Positions 27,633 to 42,336 are shown, counted from the stretch's first letter. The stretch: DNA of 64,000 nt from Octopus vulgaris (GCA_951406725.2 OX597828.1:50344001-50408000), one strand, 5' to 3'. Program-made: numbers and translations. Notes: a model not told the origin generated them from the letters alone.

Positions 27633-28176
27633 ATGCCCTGATGCAGTACCTTGCAGTGGCACTCATGGCTTTTGATCTTAATTGACAGGAATTGTTATCA
27701 TGTACATTGTTTTGTCTTGATATAAAAGATGAACTACAACGAATATTCTGCTCAATACCACAGATTTGCTTGTCAGTTGTTTGACCTTAACCAGTTGAGC
27801 CTTCCTCTTAGTGGTTGACGATATGTGCATCTCTGATCACGAGCAGAAGTAGTGTGGGAGCATCATAGCCACGTGTTGAGAGGAATTTTTTGTGGTTTTA
27901 ATAATTCAACCCTGAAATCATGGGTATTTCGTTCAACACCCTTAAACAAACCGTATTCGGAGACCTTTGGAGCAGGATGGGATACCCGACTTGGAGAAAA
28001 TTGTAACTGGGCCACGCCTTGTAGGTCATGCAATGTTTATCTTGATATGCGATCACAATGTCGCGCACTTATGGTTGTGATGCATGCGCCTGGTGTACCC
28101 TTATCAGACGGGTAGTCATGATGGGTCTATTGGACTTCGTATGTTGGCACCCCAGTGTCACTTGCAGCTCTCTCAT
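27633..28176 (+). mobile_element. ~550-bp (TAA)n-embedded element, copy 3
   Basis: Same start (ATGCCCTGATGCAGTACC) and end as copy 2; (AAT)n flanks. Confidence 0.8.
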
Positions 28177-29024
28177 TTAATAATAATAATGACGATGAAG
28201 ATGATGGACATGATGATGATGACGATGACGACGACGACGATGATAACTGAGATTTTTATTTATCATTCCGTATACTACATAAAATACGTTTGCTTCTATG
28301 GTAAATAAGGATTTACTGAAATATCGCAATGACATTTGATGTATAACGATATCGGAATTATTATATTGAGAATCACGGAAACTCTTAGCATCAAATTTAG
28401 AAGAAAAACAATTGAGCAGATAAGATTCGAGTAATTCTTAAAGAGAACATTTTTCTTTTTTTGGTATCTTCTATAAAGATGTTATCACAATATCTTCATA
28501 ACGACATTGACGAGATATGAAATCTCGACTCTTCAGCTATAAGATCGATATCTTCTATTCACACAACCAATTGTTTAATAATCTCAGTAGTGACTAGACT
28601 GTTTTATTGATCCAACAAACTTAATTACATTATAGACAGAGATATAGACGTATTATAAGAAGGCATTTGATAAGTTTCAGTTTCCAAATAACTTAAAGAT
28701 CAGCCGCTTTTTCCTTTGTTACATTTTACGTTCAGCCATAGTAATCGGAATTGCTTTCTCTCTCTCTCTCTCCACCCATAACTCTATCTCTCTCTTCTCA
28801 CTCTTTCATATCTTTCTTTCTACGCCTCTCTTTCTTCTCTGTATTATCACAAGTAACTTCCAGAACGTTTTCTTCCGTTTGTTCTTCCTTTTTACAAGAC
28901 ATTACTGTAAAATAGCCATTCATTTCAACAGAAACTTGTATATACAATTTATACATGCACGTACGTACGCATGCATATAAGTATTTATGTACGTGCGTAC
29001 GTACGTTTGCATGCATATATACAT

Positions 29025-29119
<95 letters not shown>

Positions 29120-29188
29120 TGTGCATGTGTGAGTGTTTGTCTGTGCTTATTCGAAAGCATACACATGCTAAGATACATACGAATACGC

Positions 29189-29276
<88 letters not shown>

Positions 29277-29329
29277 GAATAGTTAATGCGCTCTCTCTGT
29301 GTCTTTCTTTCTTTCTTTCTTTCTTTCCT

Positions 29330-29361
<32 letters not shown>

Positions 29362-29779
29362 TCCCCCTCTCTCTTTCTCTCTCTTTCTCCTCCATATCTA
29401 AAACTGCAACACTATGTATGAGAGTATTTTCCTGTTTTCGTCTGGAAATGGTTTTATTTATTACCACGTGATTACAAACTTTCAAGTCATTTACTTACAG
29501 TTCGCTTTGTTTGATTTGTTTTCTCAACTTTCAGTAATTTTTTCCCTACACAGTTCACTTGACTCTTTTATTGAAGTGGAATTGCTAAAAGCTGATAATG
29601 TCAGTAGACACACAACAAAATAAATTCTTATCTCTTCAGAAGTGTCGACTAATCGCTTCTGTCTCTTAGTTTTAGCGATTTCATTTCATTTCAATTGTAT
29701 CATTTATGTCTTTATGGATGACATTGTCGGTTAATATATATATATAAAAGATTATGATAAATTCGAGAGAGGCGTGTGT

Positions 29780-30305
<526 letters not shown>

Positions 30306-30860
30306 CTGTTCCAGTTCATTCTACTCTGTTAACACAGAAACTCAGCGGAAAAGACGTGAAGCATTATTTTCGGCTTTTATCACGATTCATTTCATAAATG
30401 CAAAGAAGGCGATGGTGTGTCAAGACAGTAAAGACATCAGACAAGTTATGCTGTGGCATCTAGCTATGGAGCTTCAGATTTTGAGCTCAAATCCCGCCAG
30501 GGTTCGAGTTTGGATTTAATCCGGGGGATCTAAAGTAATGTGGATTGTAGGCGCAGGCGTGGCTTGTAGACGCTGGTGTATTTTGTAATCGGAGGCGTGG
30601 CTGTGTGTTAGGAAGTTTCCTTCCCAACGTCAACAAGAAACTATGACATTACAACCAGCCTGGCAAAGTCTTTGCTACATTTTCGGCACCTGCCAGAGGG
30701 AGTGTTTGTCCAGGGTAGGACTACACAGCCACAGCAGGAGATGTATTAGGACATGAAATGTAAAAGCCGGACTAGAATATTTTATGCGCAACTCCATTGT
30801 CTCTCGAGACAAAAAGGATGCCAACAACAACAATAACAATTATTATTATTATTATTATTA

Positions 30861-30957
<97 letters not shown>

Positions 30958-30958
<1 letters not shown>

Positions 30959-31412
30959 TTGGTAGGTCTTGAGAGATACATTTATGTCGATAGGGTCAGT
31001 CATATCAATGAGGAGGCATGATTTTTGGCTGAAGTCTTTCAATATACTGTCTGGCTTATTCGCATCTAACTTTCTGTCAGTTTGAACTGTAAAGTTCTAG
31101 AGGAGTGAGATGTGACCATTTTCAAGCACTGGAGGTGGTTTGTGTTCCCACCAGTTTTTAAGACGGAACAGGTCCAGGTTTTTGCAAATTACCCATGAAT
31201 ATACTGTGCTGCCCTATCATGCCTGTTGAGGTACTCTATAGGCGCAAGAAGACTGCACATGGAGACAACATGATCAGTGGTTTCATTCTGTTGTTTACAA
31301 ACACGACATGTTGGGCTACTGCCGTTCTTTAATATGTTGGCCTGGTAGGTAGGCATTGGTCTTGGGCTGCTAAGATAAACCCTTCTGTTTCTGATTTTAA
31401 GCCAGAAGACAT
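30958..31412 (-). pseudogene. Internal R4/Dong fragment: CCHC zinc knuckle + start of RLE
   Basis: Minus translation LKSETEGFILAAQDQCL...CRVCKQQNETTDHVVSMC...YLNRHD...WWEHKPPPVLEN...QTDRKLDANKPD...LLIDMT; overlaps the 10212 ORF in sequence. Confidence 0.85.
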
Positions 31413-31437
31413 TATTATTATTATCATTATTATTATT

Positions 31438-31791
31438 GAGTGAGAGAGCAGTTCATGCCATCAAAGTGACACTGGGGTAAAATATACGAAGCCCAATATA
31501 CCCATCATGACTACCCGTCTGATAAAGGTACACCAGGCACATGCATCACAACCATATGTGCGCGACATGGTGATCGCATATCAAGATAAACAGCACATGA
31601 CCTTGCAGGTGGGGCCCAGTTAGAATTTTCTTCAGGTTGAGTAGCCCATCCTGCTCAAAAGGTCCCTGAATAAGGGTTGCTTTAGGATGTTGAACGAAAC
31701 ACCTATGTTTCCAGAGGTGAACCATTCAAACTCCAAAGAATCCCTCTCAACACATGGCTATGATGCTCCCCCACTACTTCTGCTCGTGATC
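31438..31791 (-). mobile_element. ~550-bp (TAA)n-embedded element, copy 4 (truncated)
   Basis: Matches 8063-8400; adjacent to the Dong fragment through a short (ATT)n. Confidence 0.8.
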
Positions 31792-31983
31792 AAATCTTCA
31801 TAAGAATTTATCAAGTAGTTAGCGTGAAAAACCTCATAAGAGAAAAAACCCATCAATTTTTCCTTTAAAATTTATTTATTTATATTATATAGAGGGCACA
31901 CATACAACGTGTCTATTTATTTTAGTAGTTTTGACCTTAAGAGTCCCTCCTAGCGTGAGGCATATATGCGTAATAGTGCCCTC

Positions 31984-32021
<38 letters not shown>

Positions 32022-32394
32022 GTACGTATGAATATGTGTGTGTGTGTGTAAGGATCTCATACCTTATGACCTCGTTTAGAAAAATAGACTGTTCGATATC
32101 ATTGCAGGAGATCTATCTCTCTTTCGCTCTCTCTCCTCCCCCCTCTCTCTCTCTCTGCAATACGTACAACAACAAAGAAAACTGGAGAGGAAGAGTTAAG
32201 GGTATAGAAAGCAAAAAAAATATTGTTTGTTGTTTGCTAAGAAAGTAATATGCCTTCTGCATTAAAAATTCAATTTAGTTAAGAGCATTTTATCACATGT
32301 AAAAACCTTGCTAAACACTTGAAACACCTACACATATAAGCAAATGGTTGTGTGTTTGTGTGCGTATGCGTAAATATATATATATATGCATATA

Positions 32395-32426
<32 letters not shown>

Positions 32427-32455
32427 CATACATATATATATACATACATATATAT

Positions 32456-32512
<57 letters not shown>

Positions 32513-32654
32513 CACACACATATGAATGCATGAATATACGTACACGTATGCATGTTCCAAATATAATATACATAGTACGCATGCGCACACGCACAGTTAT
32601 TTTGCGTATGTAGATTTACATCTCTGTCTTTTTCTGTATATATGTATGTATATT

Positions 32655-32756
<102 letters not shown>

Positions 32757-33031
32757 ATGTATAGACATATATATTGTATACACACAATATATTATATATA
32801 CATATTGTATGCATACACGCACATATACACACATACATACGTACATACATGCAAGCACGTATACACAATGGAAGTATATAACAATAAGTTATTTTAAAAT
32901 CTACTTTTGTTAATTAATTTCACTAAGATTGTTAATATACTTTTTCAAATAAAATCATGTATATTATTTGACAAAATACATTAAGAAAATTAATCCTGAA
33001 GGAGTAGCTTCGAGAGCGCTCGTTAAAGCCA

Positions 33032-33111
<80 letters not shown>

Positions 33112-33115
33112 GTAC

Positions 33116-33259
<144 letters not shown>

Positions 33260-33570
33260 ATGTCTGTCTGTCTGTCTGTCTGTATATCTATGAGTGTGTC
33301 TATATGTGAACTGTAGCTGAATAGGCCGAAAACAGTTCGAAATTAGTAGTAATAAAATAAATAAAAATAAACTGGAAACGAGGTCGTATTTCTTATTTCT
33401 TTATTGCCCAGGAGGGCCTAAACACAGAGGAGACAAACAAGGACAAACAAACGGATTAAGTCGATTACATCGACCCCAGTGCGTAACTGGTACTTAATTT
33501 ATCGATCCCGAAAGGATGAAAGGCAAAATACACACACACACACACATATACATGTATATATGTATATATA

Positions 33571-33626
<56 letters not shown>

Positions 33627-33787
33627 CATATGTAAATGTGTGTGTGCTTGCGTGTGTGTGTATATATGTATGTATGTATATACATAATCAATCCAAACAT
33701 GAACAAGCAAGAAACGACAACAACGCGAGGTTGTGGAATAAGTACTGTGTTATTGGACGCTCAGGAAAGGAAAGAAAAGAAAGAGGA

Positions 33788-33820
33788 CTTCACGTTTCGA
33801 GCGGAGCTCTTCATCAGAAA
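33788..33820 (-). ncRNA. Minimal hammerhead motif with non-cleavable triplet
   Basis: Minus: ttt CTGATGA a gagc tcc gctc GAAA cg TG aag. Confidence 0.55.
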
Positions 33821-34548
33821 TATAGAAAAAGTCCAAAGAATGGAAGACGGAGAAAGAAATCGCCAACGATACACCCCCGGTCACATATTGTATATACATA
33901 CATATACGCAAGCACGCACGCACACACACGCGCACACACGCGCACACGCACGCGCGCGTACACACACATACACTCAGTCATACAAATATTAGTTTTAACG
34001 AGCATTTTCCCAGCAGCTACTTGCTTCTAGATTTATTTTCTTAATGGATTTTGTCGAATAACTATATTTACAACTCCATATATTGCTTTCACAGTGTTTA
34101 TTGAAGCAAGTCTGGTAGATTTACTGCCACTGAAAAATATGGGTGACTCAGACCTTCATGAAGTTCCACCAGACTTGAATCTCTCTTGCTTTGTCTGTCG
34201 CTATTATATTTAATCTGGTTTTATCGCCGTTATTCAATTCTTGTCGGTCACGTTAATTGCGGAGACGTTCTATTACGTCCTGACGGCATTGAAATTGACA
34301 CGTCTAACAATTTTTTTCGCTCAATTAGAATTCATACTGACATACAGTCTCTCTCTCTGTCTCTCCGTCTCTCCGTCTCTCCCCCCTCTCTCGCTCTCCT
34401 CTCTCACCTACGCATATCGAGATCAAAAGAGATGGACAAATATATAGAAAGATGTTAATATTCAACAATTTTTATCAACATCATCGAAAAATAAGGAAAT
34501 AAGGTAATAACTTCTCTAATAAATGTCAGTTGTGTATATCTGAACATA

Positions 34549-34598
<50 letters not shown>

Positions 34599-34603
34599 GC
34601 ATA

Positions 34604-34644
<41 letters not shown>

Positions 34645-34646
<2 letters not shown>

Positions 34647-34909
34647 ATATATAAAAGGCAGGATGTGTGTGTGTGTGTGTGTGTGTGTGTACGTGAATGT
34701 AATTTATGCACGTCCACAAATTAGCACGCATGTCACTCCAATTTTAGGAGGACATTCGTCACGATCCTAGCTGCATTTTCGTCAAATTATTTTTCTCGAG
34801 GCACTCGTGGGTAACGGTAAAAATCGATTTTCAACCTTAACTTTTACCAATTTTTAAGTTTGCTAACATCAGTTGCCATAGCGAAGTGAAAAGGTGTGTG
34901 TATGAGGGA

Positions 34910-34940
<31 letters not shown>

Positions 34941-35279
34941 GAGAGGGAGAAGTTATGTTGATGTATGTGTGTGTGAGGGACAGAGAAAGTGAAAGCGTTC
35001 ACGAAAAATAAAAATGTAAAGTGTTTTTTCTTAAACACGAGATATAGTATTCAAATTTAGGATATAGTATTCAAATTTATATATGCATGTATATATACAT
35101 GCACATACACTATACACTGCACACGCACATACACACATATATACATATACATAATTTACTTATAACACATACACACGCATACGCACAGACACAATTTTGC
35201 GCATCCACATAAGCGTAAAACAGAGTGGAGAAAATAGCATTCGAAAAGCTTCACAGGTTGTTACTTTCGCTGGATTAGT
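34645..35279 (+). mobile_element. Possible non-autonomous Helitron-like element
   Basis: TATATAAAAGGCAGGA(TG)n start resembles Helitron 5' ends; the 3' end (GGATTAG-T) is degenerate. Confidence 0.35.
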
Positions 35280-36299
35280 ATACAGATGCACACACATATA
35301 CATGTGTATACACATGACGTATCGTTAAGGAAGTATTTATTGCACGGGGCCCATTACATTGAGTGCTAAGCGCTTCTGCCTTTACAGGAATGACCATGTA
35401 TTGAAGAACCTTGTTTCAAAATTACATCATTGTTCCAAGTTCCATCTAATTGTGCTGCATTCGATAGCCTTGTACACCAGCTTCAACTTGACCCGTGTCC
35501 TTAAAACAAATGTTGACTGAAGAAAACTGTAATGAATCCCGCCAGGTGCCTTATATCTTGTTGCTAGCTTTGTCGCCATCGTCTAGTTCTTAGCTGCCTT
35601 CAGCAAAATCCACTCTTTACTCGCAATTGGACCAATCATCTATCTGTCGCAATTCTTCAACCAATCTCAAAGAACCCTTTAAAACAGTCATCAGCGTTGC
35701 CATTTTTTATCTGATTAACCTGTATTTCAGAAATAATTTTCTTTGGTACCAGTACAAAATATGAATCATGATTTCCATGGTAAAAACATCAGAACTTTAG
35801 CAACGCTATCGCCCGCTGTAAAATATTTCTAAAGCTGGTAAATTTTAACTCTAAATTAAATTAATTTGGTGTTCCAAAATATCGCAACTGCAGTATCGAT
35901 CACTCAGAATCGATAATAGCGTTTCGTTATGGATGAATACATTGATTTTAGAAAAGTTTACCTTATAAAGAACGTATTCCATCAAAGTTTATTAATAGAA
36001 TACAAGAACGACCAAAACCAATTAATTCTATAAAAAGTTCCAATAGATTTTCATTTTCTTTTTCTGTTAAATTCAAACGCATGAATCAGTATAAAAACAT
36101 TCTAAGTGACAGGTATTGACATTTCAGAGAATGGAATTTAGGTGAGGTTATGCCATAATGACGTTCAAGGTAAAATAAACCATAAAAATCTAAATTAATT
36201 GTTTTTGTAAGCACCAGGCATATAGCGTTCATAGTTTTCTGACTTTTGACACTCGGCTGCTTGGCTGCAGATCAGTTGTAGTAGGGCAGATATATGATC

Positions 36300-36599
36300 G
36301 GAGGCGCAGTGGCCAAGTGGTTAGGGCAGCGAACTCGCGGTTTCGATTCGCAGACTGGGCCTTGCGTGTGTTTATTGAGCAAAAACGCCTAAAGCTCCAC
36401 GAGGTTCCGGCAGGGGATGCTGGCGACCCCTGTTGTACTCTTTCGCCCCAACTTTCTCTAACTCTTTCTTCCTGTTTCTTTCGTAACGCTGCGATGGACT
36501 GGCGTCCCGTCCAGTTGGGCGGAACACGTACGCTACAGAAACCGGGAAACTCGGCCCATGACCCTGGCTAGGCTTGAAAATGGTGCATAAATAAAAAGA
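36300..36599 (+). mobile_element. Chimeric tRNA SINE (family X head + family C tail) with 12-bp TSD
   Basis: AGATATATGATC at 36288-36299 and 36600-36611; A/B boxes TGGCCAAGTGG and GGTTTCGATTC. Confidence 0.85.
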
Positions 36600-37951
36600 A
36601 GATATATGATCAAAAACTGTTCTTGCCGTGATAACCTATTTTTCATCAGGTAGTGCATCTAGGGTTAAATTATTTAACGCACCCTTCATCATTCAAAACG
36701 GCAGGATGTGAATTTTGCGAGATTTGGCTGCTATTTTAGCAGCTCGTCACACAATTTAAAGTCCTCATCGTTAGATTATGTTGATCATTTATTTCCCAAG
36801 AGTAGTCGAAATGAAAGAACCGTAGATAAAAATTGAAGATGAGTCGAGGTGTTTGCTTACCGAATTTTATATTTTATATTTTCTGTATGGTTCGTTAGTT
36901 TTGTTATCTTTTCGTCATGACCCATGGCAGAAATTCCGGAGTTGTTGGTGTTGGGGAAAGAAAGTATCCTGGAACCAGATACCCGGCCCGAATTCTTGCA
37001 ATTCAGTGGTCTCCACTAAAGACACTCAATACACCTGGCAATGATGTTAAGTACGTCATGGCGAGGTTTCATCTCAGAGCGCAAAAAGTGACAATCAAAT
37101 CTTCCCCTTCTTTATATTGTATTTCTCACTCTCAGAAAGCAAACTGACATCGATAGAATTTGAATTCAAAACACAAGATACCGGAATGAATATCACAATA
37201 AATTTCGTATAGCAGCTTCAATAGTTTCCACCGTCATTCCGTGAATCTCATCAGTTTTAGTTTAATAATGAATTAATAGATATCCCTCATTATGCTGAGG
37301 TTCGGAGGCCTCAGTTACAATCCATTCATAACGTCATCATATTCTATTCGGGATGAATAACGCCGTCAGTTTCTAAATTCTTTTCAAATCTGATTTACTG
37401 TCAGAGGTTGACTCTCTAACTCTTCGATTCTTCACAAGCACTCACAGGCATTGAGGGGTTACGCTCCGAGTCGACCTTTCCAAGGCTACTTTCCAAGTCT
37501 GGCTACTTTCCCACAACTATTTATGAATTTTTATCCCCTATTTATTGCTAGGTAGTTAACCCCGACGTTTGTTCATCTGATCTTCTGAGATGTATTTGTC
37601 CTGCAGAGTTTTTAGCAGTCCTCCTGACCAGGCAAGCTTGATGGGTGGGGTGGGGGATCCATTTTATATATACAATGGTTTGTATCGAACTACAAGTTAC
37701 CAATAACACTCATGGGCGACCTGACATAAAGATTAACATCTAATATTAGCCGCAACAAATTAGCTGTAATATACAGGAAACCAGCCATAAAACTATCATT
37801 CCTTTTTCTTTCTATATTCATTTATATCTAATGTTATCTCAGTAATACTTCTAAATTTTAATATGAGACCATTACAAAGTATATTACCAACTAAGTCCAA
37901 ATTGGATTTTCAACTTTCGGTTCACAGTTCTATAATTTAGGTTCAATTAAA

Positions 37952-38250
37952 CATTTGCAGCGTGGAAGGTGTTTATAAGCCACTTAAGAAACATACAAAA
38001 ACCGTTAGATTCACTTCAAAATTTAAATTTAATTTGTCAAATTCCGTGCTGCATCACGGAATTTTGTCAGTGAAAAGGTCGCGATCTCAAAGCGACGAAA
38101 ATATTTTGACATATTAAATTTAAATGTTGAAGTGAATCTAACGGTTTTTGTGTGTTTCTTAAATGGTTTATAAACACCTTCCACGCTGCAATTGTTTTCG
38201 TTCTAGCACACGATCTCAGATCAGGTCACTTGCTATGCAAGTACATCCCA
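37952..38250. repeat. Inverted-repeat element with 8-bp flanking duplication
   Basis: Arms 37955-38040 and ~38106-38191; CAATTAAA at 37944 and 38251. Confidence 0.85.
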
Positions 38251-39195
38251 CAATTAAATATTATTTTCAGCTAAACATATCGAGTAGTTTCATAAATGGC
38301 GTCTAACAAAAGATCAGTGATTGAGCTTTCCCTCAAGTACAAGTCGGCTATAAAACATTTTCCTAGGTTCTCAAATATATATCATGGGGCAAAGATGGAA
38401 GTTGTATGAAAGAATTTTAGTAAATAGAAAAAAAAGAGAGATTAGTCGTCTGTTTTGACATTGACAGCAGACATTTGTCAAAGCATAAATCACACACAAA
38501 TATATATTTTTTTCACCAAAAGATACTCTCGTAATAATATTGGTTTCAGCAAATAATCTTTCTGTTCCACAACGTTATTTTTCTCCCGTAACTATCGATC
38601 TTGGACCCCCGTCCCCCCAAAAAACCAAAACAAAACAAACAAACAACACCCCCCCACCAACCCACAACTTTTTAGATTTTCACTTTTGAAACTTGAGAAA
38701 TTTATTGATGAGAGATTCTCAAGAAGAGGAAATAAAAGACGCCTTCAGCAGGAAGCTTATATAGCAAACGGAGTGAAAAAAAAAATATAACTTTAGAGAA
38801 AAGTTTGGAATTAAACAAATTTTTATTTAAAAAAAAAATTCAACAGACATTACTTTTTGAATGTGGTACTTTTTGCTGAAATTTATCAAAGAATATTGAA
38901 ACTTTTCTACAGAAGGCAACCATAACAATATTCTTTAGACATTCTATCGATTGGTAGGGGAGCACTATAATTTACTTCACTTATTCTATAGGCTATTCAT
39001 AATCTCAAAATATTTTACATATTTCAGGTTGTCATGCATCAAAAAATAATTTCAGGTTGTTTCTTGAATACCAATCCAGAGTTAATAAGAGAGAATGGGT
39101 TCTCTTCTACATTGAGTGTTTAGCTTTTCATTCCTTAGATATCTGCTGTTATAGTTCCTAGTAATACTTTATTTGATGATGGTTAATGAAAAGAA

Positions 39196-39390
39196 AGGCG
39201 ATGAGTTGGCGGGCAAAATGTTTAGAGGTATTTCGTCTGTCTTTACGTTCTGATTTCAAATTCCACCGAAGTCGACCATTGCCTTTCATCCTTTCGAGGT
39301 AGATAAAATAAGTACCTGTCGAATACTAGGGTCATTGTAATCAACTTATCCTCTACTCCGAAGTCGCTGGCCTTCTGCCAAAATGTGCGA
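39196..39390 (+). mobile_element. Family A SINE (diverged)
   Basis: TATTTCGTCTG...GCCTTTCATCCTTTCGAGG. Confidence 0.75.
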
Positions 39391-39719
39391 CCAATATCAC
39401 GGTATAACGATGAAAAATAAAAAAATGGAAATGAAAATAACTTTTTCTAGGGGTATTTGGTGTGTAGATCACGAATATAACATCGGGTTCTTCTTGTGCC
39501 CCTTCAGTTTCTCGTAAATTATTAAATACACTGATGGTTCTGTAGGAATTGAGTGTGAACAGGATTGGGCCCAAACTGACAACTCTAGAAGTTATCAACG
39601 GATTTTGATATAATTTTAATGGGATGTTTCTAAGGTATTTCTCAACCTAAACTATGAAAATTATAACCGTACACTCAATATTGTTATAGTTATATGGGTC
39701 CAAATCCGTGGTAAATCTG

Positions 39720-40858
39720 ACAAGAAACCACACCTCTTCACCTGGACTCGTAATCTAATACTTATTAAGCAACGGAATAAAGTCCTGGCCTCACGTCTGC
39801 AACAATGGAACCTGTTGGATAAAGATACTCGAATTAAGGTATTTAGGAAGCGTTCTGTAGATCTACAGCAATTCTTCACTTTTGAAAACAACTTGACTTA
39901 TTGTAATGATATCAGAGACCTATACAATCCCCTTAAGCTGACTTAGGTACCAAAAGAGCAGAAGTTATTCATAGATGCATCGCTTTACAACATAAAAGCG
40001 GTTCTTTTCACATTGAGAATACTATACCTTCAGTTCTAATTGCTCACTCAGTCATTTTAAGAGAGACATATGAGAACCTCGCTTGTATTGTAGACCGCAT
40101 AATCACAAGGTGCATGAGAGGTTAATTTATGTGGACTTGAAAGTAGTAGCGCGACTTAATGGGCTACAAACTGGGTACACCAAGTTTATGTGCTTCCTTT
40201 GCAAGTGGGACAGCAGGGCTAGATAAGGACATTATGTACGCTCAGAATAGCCACCACAGGAAACTATGGCGCCTGGATGTCATAATGTAAATCATGAGCC
40301 ACTAGTTAAGAAGGAGAAACTCATTTTGCCACCACTGCATAGGAAACTAGGCCTAATGAATCAATTTACCAAAGCACTGCAACATAACAAGCAATGGTTC
40401 CAGTAACTCAAAGCAATTTTACCTGAAATAAGTGCTGCTGAGATTAAAGAGGGCATTTTCGTAGGCCCTCAGATTCGTCAACTTAGAGCTGATAAGGACT
40501 TCGATTCGACAATGAGTGGAACTGACATGCATTTAAAGATGTATGCAAAGGACCTCTGGGAAAGCACCAATTGGACCAGCAAGAAAGTATAGTTGAGCGC
40601 TTAATCAAGTGCTACCAAGATCTCGGATGCAATATGTCACTGAAGATACACTTTCTTCATTCTCATCTGTCCTTCCTCACAGAAAATTCAGATGTGAGTG
40701 ATAAACATGGAGAGAGGTTCCATCAAGATATAGCGTCAATGCAAAGCAGGTATAAGGGAAAATGGAGCCCGACTATGCTGACTGACTTCTGCTGGAACCT
40801 GAAGCATGACGCACCTGAGATGTCTTATAAACGAAGAAGTAAAAATACTAAAATGTAG
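39720..40858 (+). pseudogene. Transposase pseudogene (Chapaev3-like)
   Basis: Frame-broken motifs LASRLQQWNLL, LFIDAS, DLKVV...GLQTGYTKFMCFLCKWDSRAR, LPPLHRKLGLM, IKEGIFVGPQIR, CNMSLKIHFLHSHL...VSDKHGERFHQDI. Confidence 0.85.
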
Positions 40859-40863
40859 GCTAA

Positions 40864-41435
40864 TCTTAATATATAAAATACCCTGTCTGTGTGTGTGTCC
40901 CCTTAATGCACGCTTAAACCACTGGATCAATCTGTACTATACTTTGGTATATGAAAGCAACATACGGTCTTCAATTATGTTATTTTATTAAAAATAAATA
41001 TTGCTCTCTATATATTGCTCTCTATATAAAGATTCACTTCAAATCGTCTTCTCAACTTCCAGTATTTGAACTTCCAGTTTTTGGCGTCCTAACCAGCTAT
41101 TTACACACACGCGTATGTATACATCATTATCATTGTAACGATGTCTGATAAAAGAGAATTTTTAAACGCACTTTCGTGTCAGAAAAAAAATTCATACGGA
41201 TATAGACGCTTTTTTCTCAATTAATTAAATGGGGTACTATATATTGTACATTAATTTCCCAATATATATATCGGACATTTTTTTAACAAGTCGCCTTATT
41301 AAGACTTGATATTTCACATTTAAATCCCATGTGATTATTCTTGTCGCAAATCGACTTATTAACACTTTCACTTAATTGTTTTGTCAATGTCAACATAGTA
41401 ACTAAGTAACCAGCTATTTACACACACACAAACAC

Positions 41436-41501
<66 letters not shown>

Positions 41502-42336
41502 TTACAGTTGTGACGATTTCAGATAAAGAAGAATTTCTAAAGTTACTTTGATTTTTAGTATTCTTCTCGGGCTTTCTCATTCCACGGATCCCGTTAATCC
41601 CATATGACCTCCCTTTGAGTTTAAACGGTTCCGGTTCCCAGTCAAACTAAGTTTCGCTATGTCAATAAACAAATCTCAAGGATAGTCTCTCAAAGTTGTT
41701 GGACTTCACTTTGATTCACTCATGGGCAATTATATGTAGGATGTTCGCTAGTTGGAAGTCCCAAAATCTTTTCATTTATGCACCAATTAAAGGACACACT
41801 CAAAACATCGCATATTTAGAAGCTTTAGATAATTAAATTGTGATTGATTTCCGGATTTGTTTCAATACATTTGTTTATATTCACGTCATCTGATAGAATT
41901 TTTGTTAAATATACTTATTAACAGGAGGGGAACGCCCGTGGGCCGGTTCTTCTCAAATTTTTAGATTTTCAGGTTCAACGTGTTTCAAATAAGTACTGAC
42001 AATTGAAGGTGATTGCAAAGACAAAGAACTACTTATTTTTTTAACAATTTTAACAGTGAGAACATCGGATAAAACGTTATCGATATTAATAGTTTGTACC
42101 TCAGCTAATTACTGCTGGGAACTTCATAATCGATGTTTCATTTTACTTAGAGATTTAAAAGGCATACTTAAATTTTATTATTTTCAATAACCAGGGTTAT
42201 TAATGTATAAAGTTGGTGCTGCAGCCACTAGGAGGTCAGACATGCGTAGTCTATGTTTCATGTTAAATATCTAAAAGGCATTTTTAAATTACATTATTTT
42301 TACTTTAATCCGGGCAACGTCGGGTATTTCTGCTAG
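40864..42336 (+). mobile_element. Non-autonomous Helitron nested just after the transposase stop
   Basis: A|TCTTAATATATAAAA...GTCTGTGTGTGTGTCC start; 3' hairpin CCGGGCAACGTCGGG then CTAG|T. Confidence 0.75.

Noticed and set aside
35395-35665. Possible decayed LINE on the minus strand (also ~8945-9360 and ~60210-60700)
   Set aside because: Too degraded to recover convincing motifs by eye.
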